Origin: Balanoglossus misakiensis
Lineage: Eukaryota > Animalia > Hemichordata
Reading direction: 5' to 3'
Assembly (NCBI GenBank): GCA_040954595.2
Contig: CM082598.2
Span: 9,067,097-9,131,096, forward strand
DNA length: 64,000 bases
In this document: piece after piece, positions 35,665 to 49,600 of the stretch
Layout: each line of letters begins with the position of its first letter
Position numbering within the stretch: the stretch's first letter is position 1
The notes under the pieces: model-generated
The model's database searches: none
The model's input: only the letters and a program-made list of their open reading frames with translations
What the model was told of the DNA's origin: nothing
Program-made: the position numbers and the translations under genes

Positions 35665-38600
35665 TTTGTTGCCGCCATTCTTGGGAGGGGAGAAACGATG
35701 GCAGAGAATTTATTGCCGCCATTCTTTGTAGGGGAGAAACGATGGCAGAGAATTTATTGCCGCCATTCTTTGTAGGGGAGAAACGATGGCAGAGACTTTA
35801 TTGCCGCCATTCTTGGAAGATGAGAAATAAGGGCTGAGAGTTTGTTGCCGCCATTATTGGGAGGGGAGAAATAAGGGCTGAGAGTTTGTTACCGCCCTTA
35901 TTGGGAGAGGAGAAACGATGGCTGAGAATTTATTGCCGCCATCCTTGGGAGGGTAAAATAACGGCTGACAGTTTGTTGCCGCCATTCTTGGGAGGGGAGA
36001 AGAGATGGCTGAGAATTTATTGCCGCCATCATTGGGAGGGGAAAATAACAGCTGACAGTTTGTTGCCGCCATTCTTGGGAGGGCAGAAACGATGGCAGAG
36101 AGTTTGTTGCCGCCATTCTTGGGAGGGGAGAAATAATGGCAGATAATTTGTTGCCGCCATTCTTTGTAGGGGAGAAACGATGGCAGAGAATTTATTGCCG
36201 CCATTCTTGGGCGGGGAGAATTGATGGCAGAGAATTTGTTGCCGCCATTCTTGGGAGGGGAGAAATAAGGGCTGAGAGTTTGTTGCCGCCATTCTTGGGA
36301 GGGGAGAAATGACGGCAGAGAATTTGTTGCCGCCATTCTTGGGAGGGGAGAAATAACGGCTGAGAGTTTGTTGCCGCCATTCGCGGGATGGGCGAAATGA
36401 GGGCAGAGAATATTTTACATTTGCTGCCATTCTTTGCAGATGAGAAATGAGGGCAGAGAATTTATTGCCGCCATCCTTGGGAAGGGAGAAATAACGACTG
36501 AGAGTATGTTGCCGCCATTCTCGGGAGGGGAGAAATGATAGCAGAGAATGTGTTGCCGCCATTCTTGGGGGGGGGGGATGAGAAATAACGGCTGAGAGTT
36601 TGTTGCCGCCATTCTTGGGAGGGTAGAAATAACGGCTGAGAGTTTGTTGCCGCCATTCTTGGGAGGGGAGAAATGATGGCTGAGAATTTGTTGCCGCCAT
36701 TCTTGGGAGGGGAGAAATGATGGCAGAGAATTTATTGCCACCATCCTTGGGAGGGGAGAAATAACGGCTGAGTGTTTGTTGCCGCCATTCTTGGGCGGGG
36801 AGAAATGATCGCAGAGAATTTGTTGCCGCCATTCTTGGGGGGGGGGGAGAAACAACGGCTGAGAGTTTGTTGCCGCCGTTCTTGGGAGGGGAGAAATAAC
36901 GGCTGAGAGTTTGTTGCCGCCATTATTGGGAGGGGAGAAATAAGGGCTGAGAGTTTGTTGCCGCCCTTATTGGGAGAGGAGAAACGATGGCTGAGAAATT
37001 ATTGCCGCCATCCTTGGGAGGGGAGAAATAACGGCTGAGAGTTTGTTGCCGCCATTCTTGGGAGGGGAGAAATGATGGCTGAGAATTTGTTGCCGCCATT
37101 CTTGGGCGGGGAGAAATGATGGCAGAGAATTTGTTGCCGCCATTCTTTGGAGGGGAGAAATGATGGCAGAGAATTTATTGCCACCATCCTTGGGAGGGGA
37201 GAAATAACGGCTGAGTGTTTGTTGCCGCCATTCTTGGGCGGGGAGAAATGATCGCAGAGAATTTGTTGCCGCCATTCTTGGGAGGGGAGAAATGATGGCA
37301 GAGAATTTGTTGCCGCCATTCTTGGGAGGGTAGAAATGATGGCTGAGAATTTGTTGCCGCCATTCTTGGGCGGGGAGAAATGATGGCAGAGAATTTGTTT
37401 CCGCCATTCTTGGGAGGGGAGAAATGATGGCTGAGAATTTGTTGCCGCCATTCTTTGGAGGGGAGAAATGATGGCAGAGAATTTATTGCCGCCATCCTTG
37501 GATGGGGAGAAATGATGGTTGAGAATTTGTTGCCGCCATTCTTGGGAGGGGAGAAATAACGGCTGAGAGTTTGTTGCCGCCATTCTTGGGAGGGGAGAAA
37601 TATTAGGGCTGAGATTTTGTTGCCGCCATTCTTGGGAGGGGAGAAATGATGGCAGATAATCTGTTGCCGCCATTCTTTGTAGGGGAGAAACGATGGCTGA
37701 GAATTTATTGCCGCCATTCTTTGTAGGGGAGAAACGATGGCAGAGAATTTGTTGCCGCCATTCTTGGGAGGGGAGAAATAACGGCTGAGAATTTGTTGCC
37801 GCCATTCTTGAGGGTGGGGTGAGAAATAACGGCTGAGAGTTTGTTGCCGCCATTCTTGGGAGGGGAGAAATAACGGCTGAGAGTTTGTTGCCGCCATTAT
37901 TGGGAGGGGAGAAATAAGGGCTGAGAGTTTGTTGCCGCCCTTATTGGGAGAGGAGAAACGATGGCTGAGAAATTATTGCCGCCATCCTTGGGAGGGGAGA
38001 AATAACGGCTGAGAGTTTGTTGCCGCCATTCTTGGGCGGGGAGAAATGATGGCAGAGAATTTGTTTCCGCCATTCTTGGGAGGGGAGAAATGATGGCTGA
38101 GAATTTGTTGCCGCCATTCTTTGGAGGGGAGAAATGATGGCAGAGAATTTATTGCCGCCATCCTTGGGAGGGGAGAAATGATGGCTGAGAATTTGTTGCC
38201 GCCATTCTTGGGAGGGGAGAAATAACGGCTGAGACTTTGTTGCCGCCATTCTTGGGAGGGGAGAAACGATGGCAGAGAATTTATTGCCGCCATTCTTTGT
38301 AGGGGAGAAACGATGGCAGAGAATTTATTGCCGCCATTCTTTGTAGGGGAGAAACGATGGCAGAGACTTTATTGCCGCCATTCTTGGAAGATGAGAAATA
38401 AGGGCTGAGAGTTTGTTGCCGCCATTATTGGGAGGGGAGAAATAAGGGCTGAGAGTTTGTTACCGCCCTTATTGGGAGAGGAGAAACGATGGCTGAGAAT
38501 TTATTGCCGCCATCCTTGGGAGGGTAAAATAACGGCTGACAGTTTGTTGCCGCCATTCTTGGGAGGGGAGAAGAGATGGCTGAGAATTTATTGCCGCCAT

Positions 38601-40805
38601 CATTGGGAGGGGAAAATAACAGCTGACAGTTTGTTGCCGCCATTCTTGGGAGGGCAGAAACGATGGCAGAGAGTTTGTTGCCGCCATTCTTGGGAGGGGA
38701 GAAATAATGGCAGATAATTTGTTGCCGCCATTCTTTGTAGGGGAGAAACGATGGCAGAGAATTTATTGCCGCCATTCTTGGGCGGGGAGAATTGATGGCA
38801 GAGAATTTGTTGCCGCCATTCTTGGGAGGGGAGAAATAAGGGCTGAGAGTTTGTTGCCGCCATTCCTGGGAGGGGAGAAATGACGGCAGAGAATTTGTTG
38901 CCGCCATTCTTGGGAGGGGAGAAATAACGGCTGAGAGTTTGTTGCCGCCATTCGCGGGATGGGCGAAATGAGGGCAGAGAATATTTTACATTTGCTGCCA
39001 TTCTTTGCAGAGGAGAAATGAGGGCAGAGAATTTATTGCCGCCATCCTTGGGAAGGGAGAAATAACGACTGAGAGTATGTTGCCGCCATTCTCGGGAGGG
39101 GAGAAATGATAGCAGAGAATGTGTTGCCGCCATTCTTGGGGGGGGGGATGAGAAATAACGGCTGAGAGTTTGTTGCCGCCATTCTTGGGAGGGTAGAAAT
39201 AACGGCTGAGAGTTTGTTGCCGCCATTCTTGGGAGGGGAGAAATGATGGCTGAGAATTTGTTGCCGCCATTCTTGGGAGGGGAGAAATGATGGCAGAGAA
39301 TTTATTGCCACCATCCTTGGGAGGGGAGAAATAACGGCTGAGTGTTTGTTGCCGCCATTCTTGGGCGGGGAGAAATGATCGCAGAGAATTTGTTGCCGCC
39401 ATTCTTGGGGGGGGGGGAGAAATAACGGCTGAGAGTTTGTTGCCGCCGTTCTTGGGAGGGGAGAAATAACGGCTGAGAGTTTGTTGCCGCCATTATTGGG
39501 AGGGGAGAAATAAGGGCTGAGAGTTTGTTGCCGCCCTTATTGGGAGAGGAGAAACGATGGCTGAGAAATTATTGCCGCCATCCTTGGGAGGGGAGAAATA
39601 ACGGCTGAGAGTTTGTTGCCGCCATTCTTGGGAGGGGAGAAATGATGGCTGAGAATTTGTTGCCGCCATTCTTGGGCGGGGAGAAATGATGGCAGAGAAT
39701 TTGTTGCCGCCATTCTTTGGAGGGGAGAAATGATGGCAGAGAATTTATTGCCACCATCCTTGGGAGGGGAGAAATAACGGCTGAGTGTTTGTTGCCGCCA
39801 TTCTTGGGCGGGGAGAAATGATCGCAGAGAATTTGTTGCCGCCATTCTTGGGAGGGGAGAAATGATGGCAGAGAATTTGTTGCCGCCATTCTTGGGAGGG
39901 TAGAAATGATGGCTGAGAATTTGTTGCCGCCATTCTTGGGCGGGGAGAAATGATGGCAGAGAATTTGTTTCCGCCATTCTTGGGAGGGGAGAAATGATGG
40001 CTGAGAATTTGTTGCCGCCATTCTTTGGAGGGGAGAAATGATGGCAGAGAATTTATTGCCGCCATCCTTGGATGGGGAGAAATGATGGTTGAGAATTTGT
40101 TGCCGCCATTCTTGGGAGGGGAGAAATAACGGCTGAGAGTTTGTTGCCGCCATTCTTGGGAGGGGAGAAATATTAGGGCTGAGATTTTGTTGCCGCCATT
40201 CTTGGGAGGGGAGAAATGATGGCAGATAATCTGTTGCCGCCATTCTTTGTAGGGGAGAAACGATGGCTGAGAATTTATTGCCGCCATTCTTTGTAGGGGA
40301 GAAACGATGGCAGAGAATTTGTTGCCGCCATTCTTGGGAGGGGAGAAATAACGGCTGAGAATTTGTTGCCGCCATTCTTGAGGGTGGGGTGAGAAATAAC
40401 GGCTGAGAGTTTGTTGCCGCCATTCTTGGGAGGGGAGAAATAACGGCTGAGAGTTTGTTGCCGCCATTATTGGGAGGGGAGAAATAAGGGCTGAGAGTTT
40501 GTTGCCGCCCTTATTGGGAGAGGAGAAACGATGGCTGAGAAATTATTGCCGCCATCCTTGGGAGGGGAGAAATAACGGCTGAGAGTTTGTTGCCGCCATT
40601 CTTGGGCGGGGAGAAATGATGGCAGAGAATTTGTTTCCGCCATTCTTGGGAGGGGAGAAATGATGGCTGTGAATTTGTTGCCGCCATTCTTTGGAGGGGA
40701 GAAATGATGGCAGAGAATTTATTGCCGCCATCCTTGGGAGGGGAGAAATGATGGCTGAGAATTTGTTGCCGCCATTCTTGGGAGGGGAGAAATAACGGCT
40801 GAGAC
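35665..40805. repeat. Tandem duplication of a ~2,571-bp satellite block (2 copies)
   Basis: ORF pairs 35854/38425, 36967/39537, 37175/39745; shared rare variants TTTTACATTT, AGGGTGGGGT, GAAGAGATGG. Confidence 0.92.
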
Positions 40806-43600
40806 TTTGTTGCCGCCATTCTTGGGAGGGGAGAAATATTAGGGCTGAGAGTTTGTTGCAGCCATTCTTGGGAGGGGAGAAATGATGGCAGATAATCTGT
40901 TGCCGCCATTCTTTGTAGGGGAGAAACGATGGCTGAGAATTTATTGCCGCCATTCTTTGTAGGGGAGAAACGATGGCAGAGAATTTGTTGCCGCCATTCT
41001 TGGGAGGGGAGAAATAACGGCTGAGAGTTTCCTGCCGCCATTATTGGGAGGGGAGAAATGATAGCAGAGAATTTGTTGCCGCCATTCTTGGGGGGGGGAG
41101 AAATAACGGCAGAGAGTTTGTTGCCGCCATTCTTGGGAGGGGAGAAATAACGGCTGAGAGTTTGTTGCCGCCATTATTGGGAGGGGAGAAATAAGGGCTG
41201 AGAGTTTGTTGCCGCCCTTATTGGGAGAGGAGAAACGATGGCTGAGAAATTATTGCCGCCATCCTTGGGAGGGGAGAAATAACGGCTGAGAGTTTGTTGC
41301 CGCCATTCTTGGGAGGGGAGAAATGATGGCTGAGAATTTGTTGCCGCCATTCTTTGGAGGGAAGAAATAATGGCAGAGAATTTATTGCCGCCATCCTTGG
41401 GATGGGAGAAATAACGGCTGAGTGTTTGTTGCCGCCATTCTTGGGCGGGGAGAAATGATGGCAGAGAATTTGTTGCCGCCATCCTTGGGACGGGAGAAAT
41501 AACGGCTGAGTGTTTGTTGCCGCCATTCTTGGGAGGGGAGAAATGATGGCAGAGAATTTTTTGCCGCCATTCTTGGGAGGGGAGAAATAACGGCGGAGAG
41601 TTTGTTGCCGCCATTCTTGGGAGGGGAGAAATGATGGCAGAGAATTTGTTTCCGCCATTCTTGGGAGGGGAGAAATGATGGCAGAGAATTTGTTGCCGCC
41701 ATTCTTTGGAGGGGAGAAATGATGGCAGAGAATTTATTGCCGCCATCCTTGGGAGGGGAGAAATGATGGCTGAGAATTTGTTGCCGCCATTCTTGGGAGG
41801 GGAGAAATAACGGCTGAGACTTTGTTGCCGCCATTCTTGGGAGGGGAGAAATATTAGGGCTGAGAGTTTGTTGCAGCCATTCTTGGGAGGGGAGAAATGA
41901 TGGCAGATAATCTGTTGCCGCCATTCTTTGTAGGGGAGAAACGATGACTGAGAATTTATTGCCGCCATTCTTTGTAGGGGAGAAACGATGGCAGAGAATT
42001 TGTTGCCGCCATTCTTGGGAGGGGAGAAATAACGGCTGAGAGTTTGCTGCCGCCATTATTGGGAGGGGAGAAATGATAGCAGAGAATTTGTTGCCGCCAT
42101 TCTTGGGGGGGGAGAAATAACGGCAGAGAGTTTGTTGCCGCCATTCTTGGGAGGGGAGAAATAACGGCTGAGAGTTTGTTGCCGCCATTATTGGGAGGGG
42201 AGAAATAAGGGCTGAGAGTTTGTTGCCGCCCTTATTGGGAGAGGAGAAACGATGGCTGAGAAATTATTGCCGCCATCCTTGGGAGGGGAGAAATAACGGC
42301 TGAGAGTTTGTTGCCGCCATTCTTGGGAGGGGAGAAATGATGGCTGAGAATTTGTTGCCGTCATTCTTTGGAGGGAAGAAATAATGGCAGAGAATTTATT
42401 GCCGCCATCCTTGGGATGGGAGAAATAACGGCTGAGTGTTTGTTGCCGCCATTCTTGGGCGGGGAGAAATGATGGCAGAGAATTTGTTGCCGCCATCCTT
42501 GGGACGGGAGAAATAACGGCTGAGTGTTTGTTGCCGCCATTCTTGGGAGGGGAGAAATGATGGCAGAGAATTTTTTGCCGCCATTCTTGGGAGGGGAGAA
42601 ATAACGGCGGAGAGTTTGTTGCCGCCATTCTTGGGAGGGGAGAAATGATGGCAGAGAATTTGTTTCCGCCATTCTTGGGAGGGGAGAAATGATGGCTGAG
42701 AATTTGTTGCCGCCATTCTTTGGAGGGGAGAAATGATGGCAGAGAATTTATTGCCGCCATCCTTGGGAGGGGAGAAATGATGGCTGAGAATTTGTTGCCG
42801 CCATTCTTGGGAGGGGAGAAATAACGGCTGAGACTTTGTTGCCGCCATTCTTGGGAGGGGAGAAATATTAGGGCTGAGAGTTTGTTGCAGCCATTCTTGG
42901 GAGGGGAGAAATGATGGCAGATAATCTGTTGCCGCCATTCTTTGTAGGGGAGAAACGATGACTGAGAATTTATTGCCGCCATTCTTTGTAGGGGAGAAAC
43001 GATGGCAGAGAATTTGTTGCCGCCATTCTTGGGAGGGGAGAAATAACGGCTGAGAGTTTGCTGCCGCCATTATTGGGAGGGGAGAAATGATAGCAGAGAA
43101 TTTTTTGCCGCCATTCTTGGGGGGGGGAGAAATAACGGCTGAGAGTTTTTTGCCGCCATTCTTGGGAGGGGAGAAATAACGGCTGAGAGTTTGTTGCCGC
43201 CATTATTGGGAGGGGAAAAATAAGGGCTGAGAGTTTGTTGCCGCCCTTATTGGGAGAGGAGAAACGATGGCTGAGAAATTTTTGCCGCCATCCTTGGGAG
43301 GGGAGAAATAACGGCTGAGAGTTTGTTGCCGCCATTCTTGGGAGGGGAGAAATGATGGCTGAGAATTTGTTGCCGCCATTCTTTAGAGGGAAGAAATAAT
43401 GGCAGAGAATTTATTGCCGCCATCCTTGGGATGGGAGAAATAACGGCTGAGTGTTTGTTGCCGCCATTCTTGGGCGGGGAGAAATGATGGCAGAGAATTT
43501 GTTGCCGCCATCCTTGGGACGGGAGAAATAACGGCTGAGTGTTTGTTGCCGCCATTCTTGGGAGGGGAGAAATGATGGCAGAGAATTTTTTGCCGCCATT
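40640..43600. repeat. ~1,014-bp (23-monomer) satellite block, about 3 diverging tandem copies; boundaries approximate
   Basis: ORF offsets 41174/42188, 41956/42970, 42396/43411; markers GGGATGGG, GGGACGGG. Confidence 0.78.
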
Positions 43601-46600
43601 CTTGGGAGGGGAGAAATGATGGCTGAGAATTTGTTGCCGCCAATCTCGGGCGGGGAGAAATGATGGCAGAGAATTTGTTTCCGCCATTCTTGGGAGGGGA
43701 GAAATGATGGCTGAGAATTTGTTGCCGCCATTCTTTGGAGGGGAGAAATGATGGCAGAGAATTTATTGCCGCCATCCTTGGGAGGGGAGAAATAACGGCT
43801 GAGAGTTTGTTGCCGCCATTCTTTGTAGTGGAGAAACGATGGCAGAGAGTTTGTTGCCGCCATTCTTGGGAGGGGAGAAATGATGGCTGAGAATTTGTTG
43901 CCGCCATTCTTGGGAGGGGAGAAATAACGGCTGAGAGTTTGTTGCCGCCATTCTTGGGAGGGGAGAAATATTAGGGCTGAGAGTTTGTTGCCGCCATTCT
44001 TGGGAGGGGAGAAATGATGGCAGATAATCTGTTGCCGCCATTCTTTGTAGGGGAGAAACGATGGCTGAGAATTTATTGCCGCCATTCTTCGGGGGGGGGG
44101 AGAAATAACGGCTGAGAGTTTGTTGCCGCCATTCTTGGGAGGGGAAAAATAAGGGCTGAGAGTTTGTTGCCGCCCTTATTGGGATAAGAGAAACGATGGC
44201 TGAGAAATTATTGCCGCCATCCTTGGGAGGGGAGAAATAACGGCTGAGAGTTTGTTGCCGCCATTCTTGGGCGGTGAGAAATGATGGCAGAGAATTTGTT
44301 TCCGCCATTCTTGGGAGGGGAGAAATGATGGCTGAGAATTTATTGCCGCCATCCTTGGGAGGGGAGAAATGATGGCTGAGAATTTGTTGCCGCCATTCTT
44401 GGGAGGGGAGAAATAACGGCTGAGACTTTGTTGCCGCCATTCTTGGGAGGGGAGAAATATTAGGGCTGAGAGTTTGTTGCAGCCATTCTTGGGAGGGGAG
44501 AAATGATGGCAGATAATCTGTTGCCGCCATTCTTTGTAGGGGAGAAACGATGGCTGAGAATTTATTGCCGCCATTCTTTGAAGGGGAGAAACGATGGCAG
44601 AGAATTTGTTGCCGCCATTCTTTGGAGGGGAGAAATGATGGCAGATAATCTGTTGCCGCCATTCTTTGTAGGGGAGAAACGATGGCTGAGAATTTATTGC
44701 CGCCATTCTTTGTAGGGGAGAAACGATGGCAGAGAATTTGTTGCCGCCATTCTTGGGAGGGGAGAAATAACGGCTGAGAGTTTGTTGCCGCCATTATTGG
44801 GAGGGGAGAAATGATGGCTGAGAATTTGTTGCCGCCATTCTTTGGAGGGGAGAAATGATGGCAGATAATCTGTTGCCGCCATTCTTTGTAGGGGAGAAAC
44901 GATGGCTGAGAATTTATTGCCGCCATTCTTTGTAGGGGAGAAACGATGGCAGAGAATTTGTTGCCGCCATTCTTGGGAGGGGAGAAATAACGGCTGAGAG
45001 TTTGTTGCCGCCATTATTGGGAGGGGAGAAATGATAGCAGAGAATTTGTTGCCGCCATTCTTGGGGGGGGGAGAAATAACGGCTGAGAGTTTGTTGCCGC
45101 CATTCTTGGGAGGGGAGAAATAACGGCTGAGAGTTTGTTGCCGCCATTATTGGGAGGGGAGAAATAAGGGCTGAGAGTTTGTTGCCGCCCTTATTGGGAG
45201 AGGAGAAACGATGGCTGAGAAATTATTGCCGCCATCCTTGGGAGGGGAGAAATAACGGCTGAGAGTTTGTTGCCGCCATTCTTGGGCGGTGAGAAATGAT
45301 GGCAGAGAATTTGTTTCCGCCATTCTTGGGAGGGGAGAAATGATGGCTGAGAATTTATTGCCGCCATCCTTGGGAGGGGAGAAATGATGGCTGAGAATTT
45401 GTTGCCGCCATTCTTGGGAGGGGAGAAATAACGGCTGAGACTTTGTTGCCGCCATTCTTGGGAGGGGAGAAATATTAGGGCTGAGAGTTTGTTGCAGCCA
45501 TTCTTGGGAGGGGAGAAATGATGGCAGATAATCTGTTGCCGCCATTCTTTGTAGGGGAGAAACGATGGCTGAGAATTTATTGCCGCCATTCTTTGTAGGG
45601 GAGAAACGATGGCAGAGAATTTGTTGCCGCCATTCTTGGGAGGGGAGAAATAACGGCTGAGAGTTTGTTGCCGCCATTATTGGGAGGGAGAAATAACGGC
45701 TGAGTGTTTGTTGCGGCCATTCTTGGGAGGGGAGAAATAACGGCTTAGAGTTTGTTGCCGCCATTATTGGGAGGGGAGAAATAAGGGCTGAGAGTTTGTT
45801 GCCGCCCTTATTGGGAGAGGAGAAACGATGGCTGAGAAATTATTGCCGCCATCCTTGGGAGGGGAGAAATAACGGCTGAGAGTTTGTTGCCGCCATTCTT
45901 GGGAGGGGAGAAATGATGGCTGAGAATTTGTTGCCGCCATTCTTTGGAGGGAAGAAATGATGGCAGAGAATTTATTGCCGCCATCCTTGGGAGGGGAGAA
46001 ATAACGGCTGAGTGTTTGTTGCCGCCATTCTTGGGCGGGGAGAAATGATGGCAGAGAATTTGTTGCCGCCATCCTTGGGAGGGGAGAAATAACGGCTGAG
46101 TGTTTGTTGCCGCCATTCTTGGGAGGGGAGAAATGATGGCAGAGAATTTTTTGCCGCCATTCTTGGGAGGGGAGAAATGATGGCTGAGAATTTGTTGCCG
46201 CCATTCTTGGGCGGGGAGAAATGATGGCAGAGAATTTGTTTCCGCCATTCTTGGGAGGGGAGAAATGATGGCTGAGAATTTGTTGCCGCCATTCTTTGGA
46301 GGGGAGAAATGATGGCAGAGAATTTATTGCCGCCATCCTTGGGAGGGGAGAAATAACGGCTGAGAGTTTGTTGCCGCCATTCTTTGTAGGGGAGAAACGA
46401 TGGCAGAGAGTTTGTTGCCGCCATTCTTGGGAGGGGAGAAATGATGGCTGAGAATTTGTTGCCGCCATTCTTGGGAGGGGAGAAATAACGGCTGAGAGTT
46501 TGTTGCCGCCATTCATGGGAGGGGAGAAATATTAGGGCTGAGAGTTTGTTGCCGCCATTCTTGGGAGGGGAGAAATGATGGCAGATAATCTGTTGCCGCC

Positions 46601-49600
46601 ATTCTTTGTAGGGGAGAAACGATGGCTGAGAATTTATTGCCGCCATTCGTTGTAGGGGAGAAACGATGGCAGAGAATTTGTTGCCGCCATTCTTGGGAGG
46701 GGAGAAATAACGGCTGAGAGTTTGTTGCCGCCATTCTTGGGAGGGGAGAAATAACTGCTGAGAGTTTGTTGCCGCCATTATTGGGAGGGGAGAAATAAGG
46801 GCTGAGAGTTTGTTGCCGCCCTTATTGGGAGAGGAGAAACGATGGCTGAGAATTTATTGCCGCCATCCTTCGGAGGGTAAAATAACGGCTGGCAGTTTGT
46901 TGCCGCCATTCTTGGGAGGGGAGAAATGATGGCTGAGAATTTATTGCCGCCATTCTTGGGGGGGGGGAATAACGGCTGAGAGTTTGTTGCCGCCATTCTT
47001 GGGAGGGGAGAAATAACGGCTGAGAGTTTGTTGCCGCCATTATTGGGAGGGGAGAAATAAGGGCTGAGAGTTTGTTGCCGCCCTTATTGGGAGAGGAGAA
47101 ACGATGGCTGAGAATTTATTGCCGCCATCCTTCGGAGGGAAAAATAACGGCTGGCAGTTTGTTGCCGCCATCATTGGGAGGGGAAAATATCAGCTGACAG
47201 TTTGTTGCCGCCATTCTTGGGAGGGCAGAAACGATGGCAGAGAATTTATTGCCGCCATTCTTTGTAGGGGAGAAACGATGGCACAGAATTTATTGCCGCC
47301 ATTCTTTGTAGGGGAGAAACGATGGCAGAGACTTTATTGCCGCCATTCTTGGAAGGGGAGAAATAAGGGCTGAGAGTTTGTTGCCGCCATTCTTGGGAGG
47401 GGAGAAATGACGGCAGAGAATTTGTTGCCGCCATTCTTGGGAGGGGAGAAATAACGGCTGAGAGTTTGTTGCCGCCATTCGCGGGATGAGCGAAATGAGG
47501 ACAGAGAATATTTTACGGTTGCTGCCATTCTTTGCAGAAGAGAAATGAGGGCAGAGAATTTATTGCCGCCATCCTTGGGAAGGGAGAAATAACAGCTGAG
47601 AGTATATTGCCGCCATTCTCGGGAGGGGAGAAAGGATAGCAGAGAATTTGTTGCCGCCATTCTTGGGGGGGGGGGGATGAGAAATAACGGCTGAGAGTTT
47701 GTTGCCGCACTTCTTGGGAGGGTAGAAATAACGGCTGAGAGTTTGTTGCCGCCATTCTTGGGAGGGGAGAAATAACGGCTGAGAGTTTGTTGCCGCCATT
47801 CTTGGGAGGGGAGAAATGATGGCTGAGAATTTGTTGCCGCCATTCTTGGGAGGGGAGAAATAACGGCTGAGAGTTTGTGGCCGCCATTATTGGGAGGGGA
47901 GAAATGATGGCTGAGAATTTGTTGCCGCCATTCTTTGGAGGGGAGAAATGATGGCAGAGAATTTATTGCCGCCATCCTTGGGAGGGGAGAAATAACGGCT
48001 GAGAGTTTGTTGCCGCCATTCTTGGGCGGGTAAAATAACGGCTGGCAGTTTGTTGCCGCCATTCTTGGGAGGGGAGAAATGATGGCTGAGAATTTATTGC
48101 TGCCATTCTTGGGGGGGGGGGGAAATAACGGCTGAGAGTTTGTTGCCGCCATTCTTGGGCGGGGAGAAATGATGGCAGAGAATTTGTTGCCGCCATTCTT
48201 GGGAGGGGAGAAATAATGGCTGAGAATTTGTTGCCGCCATTCTTTGGAGGGGAGAAATGATGGCAGAGAATTTATTGCCGCCATCCTTGGGAGGGGAGAA
48301 ATAACGGCTGAGAGTTTGTTGCCGCCATTCTTGGGCGGAGAGAAATGATGGCAGAGAATTTGTTGCCGCCATTCTTGGGAGGCGAGAAATGATGGCTGAG
48401 AATTTGTTGCCGCCATTCTTTGGAGGGGAGAAATGATGGCAGAGAATTTATTGCCGCCATCCTTAGGAGGGGAGAAATAACGGCTGAGAGTTTGTTGCCG
48501 CCATTCTTGGGCGGAGAGAAATGATGGCAGAGAATTTGTTGCCGCCATTCTTGGGAGGCGAGAAATGATGGCTGAGAATTTGTTGCCGCCATTCTTTGGA
48601 GGGGAGAAATGATGGCTGAGAATTTTTTGCCGCCATTCTTGGGAGGGGAGAAATAACGGCGGAGAGTTTGTTGCCGCCATTCTTGGGAGGGGAGAAATGA
48701 TGGCAGAGAATATATTGCCGCCATCCTTGGGAGGGGAGAAATAACGGCTGAGAGTTTGTTGCCGCCATTCTTTGTAGTGGAGAAACGATGGCAGAGAGTT
48801 TCTTGCCGCCATTCTTGGGAGGGGAGAAATGATGGCTGAGAATTTGTTGCCGCCATTCTTGGGAGGGGAGAAATGATGGCAGAGAGTTTGTTGCCGCCAT
48901 TCTTGGGAGGCGAGAAATGATGGCTGAGAATTTGTTGCCGCCATTCTTGGGAGGGGAGAAATAACGGCTGAGAGTTTGTTGCCGCCATTCATGGGAGGGG
49001 AGAAATATTAGGGCTGAGAGTTTGTTGCCGCCATTCTTGGGAGGGGAGAAATGATGGCAGATAATCTGTTGCCGCCATTCTTTGTAGGGGAGAAACGATG
49101 GCTGAGAATTTATTGCCGCCATTCGTTGTAGGGGAGAAACGATGGCAGAGAATTTGTTGCCGCCATTCTTGGGAGGGGAGAAATAACGGCTGAGAGTTTG
49201 TTGCCGCCATTCTTGGGAGGGGAGAAATAACGGCTGAGAGTTTGTTGCCGCCATTATTGGGAGGGGAGAAATAAGGGCTGAGAGTTTGTTGCCGCCCTTA
49301 TTGGGAGATGAGAAACGATGGCTGAGAATTTATTGCCGCCATCCTTCGGAGGGTAAAATAACGGCTGGCAGTTTGTTGCCGCCATTCTTGGGAGGGGAGA
49401 AATGATGGCTGAGAATTTATTGCTGCCATTCTTGGGGGGGGGGGGAAATAACGGCTGAGAGTTTGTTGCCGCCATTCTTGGGAGGGGAGAAATAACGGCT
49501 GAGAGTTTGTTGCCGCCATTATTGTGAGGGGAGAAATAAGGGCTGAGAGTTTGTTGCCGCCCTTATTGGGAGAGGAGAAACGATGGCTGAGAATTTATTG